Assembly (NCBI GenBank): GCA_001938485.1
Contig: MQRK01212705.1
Location: 1 to 48,902, forward strand
DNA: 48,902 nt
DNA from: Girardia tigrina
Lineage: Eukaryota
Direction: 5' to 3'
Positions 12,000 to 21,393 of this stretch are shown one piece after another. Each line of letters opens with the position of its first letter. Positions within the stretch are counted from its first letter, which is position 1. Under the pieces are notes generated by a model, which was not told where the DNA came from, ran no database searches, and worked only from the letters and a program-made list of their open reading frames with translations. The position numbers were made by a program, and so were the translations under genes.

Positions 12000-14400
12000 T
12001 CTGAAGTTCATCCCGTTGCAATCACCCTCGAATATCTTCAACTGATAAAGTTCTTAGTTCTCGCAGTTACTAAACATAAAATTCATTCTACTGGATTCTG
12101 TTGTTGTCCTCTGTCATTGTTGCATCACTTTCGAATGCGGAGAATCCAAGAAACTGTCGCCTTGTGAATTACTTCCTTGTCGATGTTCAGCCATGCAAGT
12201 AGTAAAGCTTTTTTAGTTTCGTCAATCGTGGTGATATCACTGCGTACTGCTTGCAAGTGTTAAAGAAAAATTCCCCAGGTGCTATAGTTCATAACATTCA
12301 GGTCGGGACTTTTTGATGACCACTCAGACGACTTGATGAACTGAGGTATGTTCTTCTCTAACGGGTGCACAGGAAAAATCTGGACAAATTTTAAACCACC
12401 ATTGTGAAAAGACGAAATAAAATTTCCAAAAAGGAAAAAAAATGTTTACAGAATAATTGAAAGTGGTCCGTTTCTATACACAGCACGAAGGCGTTTCTTA
12501 ATCCCTTTGAAGTCCTTCCGCAACGTGAACTGATCCATTGTTTTCAACATTTTCTTAATCCGTTGCTGTAGTTGAGGGATTGTTTGAGCTTCCCAGCCTC
12601 CCTCATACACTTTCGCCTTTAGAGCGCTCCAAAAGTTCTCAATGGGGCGGCAGTGTGGGACGTTGGGAGTATTACACTCCTTGTCAACAAAGGGGATATT
12701 GAGATGATGGAGAAGTTTGAGAGTGCTGTTGGCATAATGTGCAGAAGCCAGGTCCGTGCTCTTGATAGAAATCGGTATGTACACTGTTTGGCCGCTGTAA
12801 AAATATAGGATCACTGATGTGGTCTGCGGAGACACAAAGCCAAACCATCAGCTGAACAGGGAACTTTCTTTCTGTTCTAAATTTGACGTGTTCAGGAGCA
12901 GATTGAGGACTCGAAGTAAAGTAGTGATCATTTCCTGGTAGATAATCACATTTCAACTTGAAGAAGCTCTCATCGTCCATGATGATTTTTTTATCTCTCA
13001 AACTTCGGAGTAATTTCCCTGCTCTCAGTTTCACTCGCTTTACTTGCTCCTCTGTGTGCTGAGGAGCATTCTTTCTCTTTCGGCATTTTAGACCGCCTTC
13101 CTTGATTATATTCCTCATCGTCGTGGCACAGACACCATACTTGCTGGCTTCACGTTTGAGACATACACGACGCTTTGTTTCAATCCATCTCCGATTACTT
13201 GTGCGCTGTTGATTTGTTAAATTTTTTATTGTGGCCTCCACTTCCTGGCTTCCCGTGCACATTTGAACTCTTGGAGAGGTTTGAGAGAAGCGTATAGATG
13301 GTAGACCGTGCACAACCTTCATTCACACAGTGGTTTACAGTGAAGACTTTTCCTTTTAAAAAGTTCAGCTGCCAAAAGTTGCGAACTCTCTCACGGAGCT
13401 GTTGCTCTGTCATGTCTTTTCTGAGAAAATGAATGCCGAGAGGATGACGAAATATTATGCAAGAATGTGATTCATGCTGCAATTTGATTGGATGTTCCAT
13501 TTATTTTTAATTTACTGATAGTATGCATTTTTCATGTGTCCAGATTTTGCCTGCGCATCCCTAATCAGTTTACTGTAACCGAATGAGGTTTTATCCCGTT
13601 TTTGTTGCCAAATCCATTCTTCAGTGCCAATTACATCACTTATATTCCTAAACATCAAGGGATACATCTCATCACGATATACAGTCTGGTTGATGGATTT
13701 CTTTTTATAGGAACCACATTGTCTTGATCTTCAGCGAATCCTTCGAGGAAACGTAACTCAGTTTTCCCATGCCAAGATACACTGGTATATGCCATTATTG
13801 AGGGTTTTTGTTTATCAACTTCCACTACAAGCTCATGTACAGATATCTCACTTATCAATTCAACTGCTCCATATAAGCGCTCATTCTGTCTGTTCAAAGC
13901 AGGAATTATGTTGAAGGTAGCCTCATCAGACAACCCTACGGTTTTCCACTTTTCATCAACTCCATATCGATTAATAAGTTCTGTTGATTTTATGATATTT
14001 GATTCTGCGATAACATTTGAACGGATTTCCTTTAAAATATTGAACACTGATGCCTTTGAAATATGCAATGTAGATTTGATTTTTCTTTGACTGCTATGCC
14101 GACGGCAAGGACTGTTCTCATGAGTGACTGCAATTCTGAGCACGGTTTCTTTAACTAGATAGTGAAGTTTTCGTTTTCTACCTGTTCTTTTCTTACGAAT
14201 TTGGACAACAGCCACATCAATATTCTTCACTTTATTACATACATCATAAAACTGATTTTCAGTAATAACAGCGAAAACTGGGAAGAACTTCAGTGCATTT
14301 TTGTAAGCCCCTAGTAGGGTGTTCCTTCTTAACAGGAGAAATAACACTACGTTGGAAATCAGTCAATTGTGGAGCCATTTTCTAAAGACAAAATAAATAA
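12000..14400 (-). mobile_element. Decayed maT/DD37D-like Tc1-mariner element, split by a nested DD37E insertion
   Basis: ORF 13655..14347 (RTGRKRK, LSDEATF, NRQNER) is followed by WIWQQ.. and, past the insertion, by EKNIPQFIKSSEWSSKSPDLNVMNYSTWG. Outer boundaries approximate. Confidence 0.75.
12361..13561 (-). mobile_element. ITm DD37E transposon, near full-length, two frameshifts
   Basis: TIRs gggtgcacaggaaaaatctggaca / tgtccagattttgcctgcgcatccc with TA flanks. Three overlapping ORFs give MTEQQLRERV..., MDDESFF and DLASAHY...RPIENFW, with exactly 37 residues between D and E. Confidence 0.9.
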
Positions 14401-14501
14401 TGAAGTAAGTCATGTGCTATATAATTGTAGGGAAGAAATATCCACCAATCAGATTTAGTCAATCACACCTTTATCGTGTATTTAATATGTGCACCATTTA
14501 A

Positions 14502-16021
14502 TAGGGATGTACCAGTTTTCGGCTCCGGCAAAATTCTACCAGTTTTGATGCTGGTTTTTTGCTCAATGTTTAAAAGAATTAAATAATGTTCTCATAAAAA
14601 CAAGTGATTATAAAATAAGATTTAAAAAAATCATGCGTTTACAGATGCAGTTTTACAGATTTCATCATGGAAGCGACATCTTATAGTAATTTTGATTCCA
14701 CTTTGAATTGATTTTATGTTTTTAAAAATTCTTATTAAAGATATACACAAGTCCTCACTAATATTTTATAGCTTCGCGTTGTTCGAAGGATCCGCTTCAA
14801 CAGATTTTCTTTGCTTTAATGGTGCTACTTCTCAAATAAATTGCTCAAACAATTTATAGTCGGACCTCTATGTAACGAAGTGGAAGGGACCAAAAAATAC
14901 TTCGTTATAAAGAGATAAAATTAAAGCTAAAATTCTTCGTTGGTACAGGACAAATCCTTTGTTAAATAGATGTTTCATTAAAGAGAGATTCGATTGTATT
15001 ACTTTTGCACCATTTTTATTCCTCCGAATTCTGCATTAAGTCACCGGTGGGCTGTTTTGGTAAAATTATAATTTCGGGCATTTCTATTAAGCGTTTGTTT
15101 ATAAACGAACCAGTTATCGAGCGGAAACATCGCTCTTCACCGAGTACCATTTCGATTGAACATATCTAAATAAGTAGTCTCAAAGGAGTTAAGTATTAAA
15201 ACTAACTCGGGTAATAAATGATTGTTGATAGAGTGAAAACAGCAAAAGCGGAATTTTTCAGTCAATGAATCGCCGTTTGGTTTTTTAGAGAGTTAACTAC
15301 TGTTATTCATTGCAACTATTCTTAATTCCAGTTTCAAGTTCCGCTGTTTAACTGCAGAAGGTAGAAATACTAGTGATAAGACAAGTTCATTCTTTACATA
15401 AGAGCAATAGTTAACAAATAATTACAAAGAGCCATCAAACAAAAAAGCAAAGCCTCTCTTATAATACCCCATGGACCTTTTTAGATGAAAGCCTCCCCAT
15501 CACTCTAGCTGATAACGAACAGTCAACATCAATTAAGACAGAGCCATCGACTTATATAACTGAATGCATCCTGGTAAAGGAGATCCTTTCCTCTGGTGGC
15601 AATCAAACCAACACATACTTTATACTATGGCACATTTTGATCTTGCTCCTCCTTATACAAGCATTCTATTAGAAAGAGTATTTATCACAGATAAATACAT
15701 TATTACAGATCATCAATCTCGACTTCTAGAAAATACAGAAAAACTTATCTTTTTAAAATTTCATTTATATTTGCTTGATTGCTGGACTGATGACTTTAGA
15801 AAGGCGCTTCTTTTTGACTTATCGATTTATTTAGATGTAATGCGTTTCTTACCATTATTGTATTTAGTATGACGTAATGTATTTAATCTTTGTTTGGTTT
15901 CGTTTTGTTCAACTTTTTTCAATTTTCGCAAAACCGACACAGGCTCCAACTCCGGCTGAATTTAACCAAAATTCTATCCGTCACTGGCCGGATTTCAAAA
16001 AAGTAAACTATTTCATTCCTA
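14502..16021 (+). mobile_element. Decayed hAT (Ac/ZBED-like) element
   Basis: Ends TAGGGATG / CATTCCTA; 8-bp flanks ccatttaa/gtatttaa (imperfect). ORF 15564.. DPFLWWQSN...PYTSILLERVF...SRLLENTEKLIFLK is a hAT dimerisation domain. Confidence 0.75.
14857..14996. mobile_element. pogo/Tigger-like MITE nested in the hAT element
   Basis: TA|tagtcggacctctatgtaacgaa ... ttcattaaagagagattcgattg|TA; imperfect TIRs. Confidence 0.55.
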
Positions 16022-16376
16022 GTATTTAACTTTCAGTTTTCCAAGGTTGACAAACAATTCTACATTTAGTTACGCTCTCGGTGATTGCTTAATTGATCGA
16101 TCTCGACGATCGTCCTAAAACTATTGAACCGCTAGGTCGATGTCTGTCGGTTCGATCCTACTACACTTAGTGGACGTTGGAAAGCTTCTGCAAATGTAAA
16201 AACAAAGGTCGATTCAAACTTCACCTCATCAAACTCGGATAATTCATTTGATCATACGAAACATGAATTTTCGGACTTACGGGTTAATCCGCATTCAAAC
16301 ACATTGTCCACGCACGAATAAAAATAAAACTCTGGTAGTCAATTAAAAATTTTGCGAGCGCATATGAGAAGCTCGC

Positions 16377-16650
16377 TGTGGTAATGTATTCCTCACCACA
16401 TTCAGTAATATTGAACTTCAATGATGTCAAATCTCATGACATTACTAGAGTTCAAATTCCGGTGATTTCATATGTCATGACATCACTGGAATGGGCAATT
16501 ACAATGTCAATTTCAATTGCATCAACTGACCCAGGGGCATATTATATAATATTATATAATATTGCCTTAATATAAAAGGGGAAGATTTCAAAGTTTAATT
16601 GGTTATTGTACCCAATCAATATTTAATTTAAATATATTTTATTAGACGAA
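16377..16650 (+). repeat. 5' LTR (3'-truncated)
   Basis: Near-identical to 20494-20767; lacks the terminal tttgtgttctttaca. Confidence 0.92.
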
Positions 16651-16699
16651 GATTCAGCCAACTCAATCCTACCTCAACCTCGGGCATTTTTTGTTGATG

Positions 16700-17394
16700 A
16701 TGACGGTACGCCCCTTTCTTGGTTCACAATCTTCGAATTCTTGTTCAACAAAAATCACAATTCTTCGACAATGGCCAAGTATCTCCTCATCAATCTCCCT
16801 TCTGAACTCCTCCAGAAACTCGCATCCAGCGCTGTCAAATGTCTCGATTCTTCTCAGCCATATGAAGAGCTGAAAGATGTTATTTTCAGTCATTACAGTC
16901 CATCTCAATTAGAAATATTTAAAAAATATTTCCAACCTCAAACACTGGGCAATACCTCAGCATCAAAATTCCTCTCAAGAACCATCGCTGAATTCAATTC
17001 CCTTCAACCCGGCAGTCCTCCAAATCCAGAACTCGTCAAAGAATTATTCCTATCCGCGATGCCAGCCCACATCCGTCCAATGTTATTAAGCTCCCATAAA
17101 TCAGACCCTACTGATTTGGCCAAAATTGCTGATCGAGTTCTCCAGGGATCAACAAATTCAAGTTCCAGAAATATACAGAGTACCGACCTTTGTTCTACAG
17201 TCGAAGAGCTGTCTAAACAAGTATCTTTGTTAACGACCCTTTTAACTCAGAATTCAGCAGACAATTCTTATGTCAACCGGCCAGATTCACGTTCCCTTAT
17301 CAGAAGATCGTCCCAACGGAAAAATGTTTTACTTTGCTCGTACCATAACCAGTTTGCCAACAAAGCAAAAAAATGTTGTATCGGCTGTGGTTGA
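16700..17394 (+). pseudogene. gag: Gypsy gag-like ORF
   Basis: WFTIFEFLF...YEELKDVIF...ELVKELFLSAMP...LAKIADRV and the C-terminal LCSYHNQFANKAKKCCIGC (CxYHxxFGxxAxKC-type motif). Confidence 0.8.
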
Positions 17395-17471
17395 TCTAAA
17401 TCTGATTCCGATTCTATTCTCCGTGATCCAGTCTGCGTCTTCCATAATCGCTTCGGTTCAAAGGCCATCAG

Positions 17472-20400
17472 ATGTTTGCAAAGATGCACATTTTCAAAAA
17501 ACGAGTAGAGTCTCTAGGCTCTCAAACCCGTTTAGATGACCTTACATTAGGCTTATTCATGCTCAACGCTCAATTTCAATCCGATTCCGGTCTCCAAACC
17601 AACAGCATTGATTTCCTAATCGACTCCGGTTCGTGCATTTATATCATTCCCACGAGAATGGCACCAACACGCTCTCCGAAAACCACTCTCCGTGCCGCCA
17701 ACGGTTCACCAATCCAGACCTATGGAACCATCTCACTTCAATTCAAGCTCTCTGGATTTCAACAAGATTTTCAGTGGATCTTCACCGTTACCAACACAGT
17801 CCACCCACTTCTTGGAGCCGATTTCTTAAGCAGTTATGGTTTTTTGGTTGATTGTAGGTCTCCTAAAATTATTGAAGCTCATTCGTTTTCCAAAATTTCG
17901 ATCCCATCGACTTCTTTATCGTCAATATTATCGAGTTGTTCAAAGACGGCCGCTACACAATCATTCATCAAAGATTCTGCTCCCAACTGTTTGTCCCGCG
18001 ATCCGGCTTTCTTTCCAGTTCATCCAGTGGTCCATCGAATAATCACCAAGCCATGTCATTCAGTCAGGCACAAGCGACGAGAACTTCCAGTTAAATCCAG
18101 ATCGGCAGTTCAAGAAGAATTTCGACAATTAGAAAAAGATGGTATTATCCGTCGTTCTTCTTCCCCATGGGCCTCAGCTCTTCATGTTGTCGAAAAACCG
18201 GACAAATCATTTCGCCCATGTGGAGATTATCGAGCGTTAAATTCCATCACAGTGCATGATTCATATCCCATGCCCAATGATCACTGACATTGTTCATCGA
18301 CTCATCGGTTCAAAAGTATTTTCAAAAATTGATTTGAAAAAAGCTTTTCACCAGATCCCGGTCGCAGATGAGGACATAGAGAAAACTGCAATAATCACCC
18401 TATTTTGCTTATTTAAATTTCTTCGAATGTCTTTTGGTCTCAGAAATGCAGCTCAATCATTCCAGCGCTACATTGATACGGTTACAGCTGACCTCGATGG
18501 TGTTTTTGTTTATCTGGACGACATTCTCATTGCATCAAATAATGAAGATCAACATTTTCATACTTTGTGTTTGCTTTTCTCTAGATTGCATGAAAACAAT
18601 CTCCAAATTAATATTAAAAAATGTATTTTTTTTCAGTCTTCAGTGAAGTTTCTTGGATTCCAAATATATTCCGACTGCATTGCTCCTATTCCAGATCGGA
18701 TAAAAGCAATTTCGTAACTCACATTACCAGTCACAGTATCCCAGCTCAGATGTTTTATCGGCATGGTAAAATTCTATCATCGATTCTTACCACATGCTTC
18801 TGAAATTCTTGCACCGCTGGTTTCTTTTTCATCTCTCAAACTCAATTGGACTGAAGATTTAACTTCCCGATTTTCCGAAATTCAGAAAAAAATTTCCGAT
18901 TGTCCAACTCTTATGTTCTATGACCCATCATTACAGTTACAGTTAATCTGCGCGACGCATCCGATATTGCAATAGGATCTGCATTGCATCATAAGAGAGA
19001 CAGATCCTTGAACCTATTGAATTCTTCTCTCGAAAACTTTTAGACACTGAAACCCGATATTCAGCATTCCATCGAGAACTCCTAGCAAATCATGACGCTG
19101 TTTCACATTTTTTACATTTTCTTTCAGACCGCCAATTCGAGATATTAACCGATCACAAGCCGCTGGTGCACCTTATCCAAATGAAAAACCCGTCACCTCG
19201 ACAACATCGACAGATTTTATATTTATCACAATTTGATTTTGCAGTTTCACATCTTCCCGGCAAACAAAATGTTGTTGCTGATTTTTTTATCCAGAAATCT
19301 AGTTTCAGCAATATCACTTCTCCCAGATTAAGCTCTCGAGTTTCTTCAGTTTGGAAATCTTTCCAAAGAAGAGCTCGCTGATTTCCCAAATCATTATACC
19401 AACACTGATGGTATAACTTATGAATCTGTGGATCTCGGTGTCCGAAGAATCATCGTTCCTACCGGTGTATGCAGGCACATCTTCGAAACATTCTACAAAT
19501 TGCACCATCCGGGTCGAAACGCAACATTCGAGCTGATTCATACTCGTTTTGTCTGGTCAAACATCAGACGTGATATCAAAATATGGTGCCAAGATTGTAT
19601 GTACCGATTGCCAAAAGCAGAAAGTAACGCGGCATATTAAACCACCAGTTATCAGATTTCCAACAGGCAATCGTTTTGAGATTGTACATTTAGACATTGT
19701 CGGTCCACTACCACCTTCAAATGGATGCTCTTATATTTTAACAATGATCGATCGGAAAACAAGATGGCCTGAAGCAGTTCCAATCTCCTCAATTTCTGCT
19801 GAAAATGTTGCTAGACATTTTGTCAACACTTGGATTCCTCGGTATGGTGTACCTTCTCAAGTTATCACGGATCAAGGTCGGCAATTCGAAAGTAATTTAT
19901 TTCAGGCTCTTGCAAAACGTCTTGGATTCAAACACGTCCATACAACTTCGTATCACTCACAATCAAACGGNNNNNNNNNNNNTTTTCATCGAACCTTAAA
20001 GACTTCTCTACGTTGTTTAGGTACCTCTTCAAACAGGCATGATTCTCTTCCACTCGTGTTATTAGGTTGGTGAAATACTTTTCATTCATCTACAGGGACT
20101 TCTCCTAGTGTTATGTTATTCGGAGCTGGAACAGCTTTCCCTGATGAGCTTTTTAGAGAAACGATTAATACTGATCTCGAAGCTTTACATGCCGTCAGAA
20201 AACACTTCCTCTCCTCTGATACAAACCCATCTTTTGGCAACTCTGCCCAGAAATTAACTTATCTGCCAAGTTCAATGCTCTCAGCCAAGTATGTCTGGAT
20301 CCGTGAAAAAGATACTCATCATATGAAGCCTCGTTATACTGGACCATTTCCGGTTATTTCTATTAAAGGTAATGTTGCAAAAATTAAAATTCAGGATGCC

Positions 20401-20526
20401 GAACAAACCATCAATTTCGAGCGTCTGAAGCCAGCTTTTGGTTTTTCCCAAGATGAGAACCACCCCCAACTCCGTTCTTCTCCAAAGGAGCTATGTGGTG
20501 ATGTCATTCCTCACCACATTCAGTAA
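17472..20526 (+). pseudogene. pol: Gypsy pol (protease, RT, RNase H, integrase), frameshifted
   Basis: FLIDSGS protease; [21 protein letters not shown] and YLDDILI RT; TDHKPL RNase H; HHPG..CxxC, HLDIVGPLP and TDQGRQFES integrase; PRYTGPF (GPY/F). Confidence 0.93.
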
Positions 20527-20782
20527 TATTGAACTCCAATGATGTCAAATCTCCTGACATCACTAGAGTTCAAATTCTGGTGATTTCATATGTCATGACA
20601 TCACCGGAATGGGCAATTACAATGTCAATTTCAATTGCATCAACTGACCCAGGGGCATATTATATAATATTAGATAATATTGCCTTAATATAAAAGGGAA
20701 GATTTCAAAGTTTAATTTGTTATTGTACCCAATCAATATTTAATTTAAATATATTTTATTAGACGAATTTGTGTTCTTTACA
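20494..20782 (+). repeat. 3' LTR
   Basis: Starts TGTGG after the purine-rich aaaggag and ends TTTACA; contains a TATAAAA box. Confidence 0.92.
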
Positions 20783-21393
20783 CTCGTCATATTAGTTTTC
20801 ACAGCAAATTTTATCGGTCATTTTGAATTTGCCGGTTTTTATTCATTTATCTTTCAAAAGTAAAAAAACAACTTTTAAAAGAACTTTTTTTTGTAAACGA
20901 TGAAGAACTGATTTTTATTGCTGGATTGTTAACGCAGTTGTGGTGAGGTGACAAACGAAATTGCAGCGGTTGGTTGTTGACTTCTTCTTGATGCAGGTAG
21001 ACGTCAAAATAGAAAAATCTGTTGAATAATGTCAAACAACAGATTTATTATAAGTGATTTTTGTTCTCAATAAAGAAAATTTGAACAAAACTTTTAATAC
21101 ATCTCATTCTTTTTGCAATAAACATAATTTGTATTTCTTTGTTTAAATGTTTATATTTTGTAACTAAAGACATCGCAAATATTTGAAAGGTCGTAACCTT
21201 AGATTTTCTAGCATATTTTAATTATATATTTATTTTGTCGTAAGTTTTATGAAATTTTTATCTAATTTTATTATTTTCAGATATAATTTAAATAATAAAT
21301 TTTTTAATTAATCAAATAATTTCCATAAATTATATTTGTATTTAGAACGATTGTTTCATATTTGAGGAGTGAAAAAATATAAATAAAATCGAG

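Larger units (their letters stand above)
16377..20782 (+). mobile_element. Ty3/Gypsy LTR retrotransposon, defective
   Basis: Two ~280-bp LTRs, TG...CA ends, flanks ctcgc/ctcgt (5-bp TSD with 1 mismatch), domain order gag-PR-RT-RH-IN, several frameshifts and stops. Confidence 0.95.
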
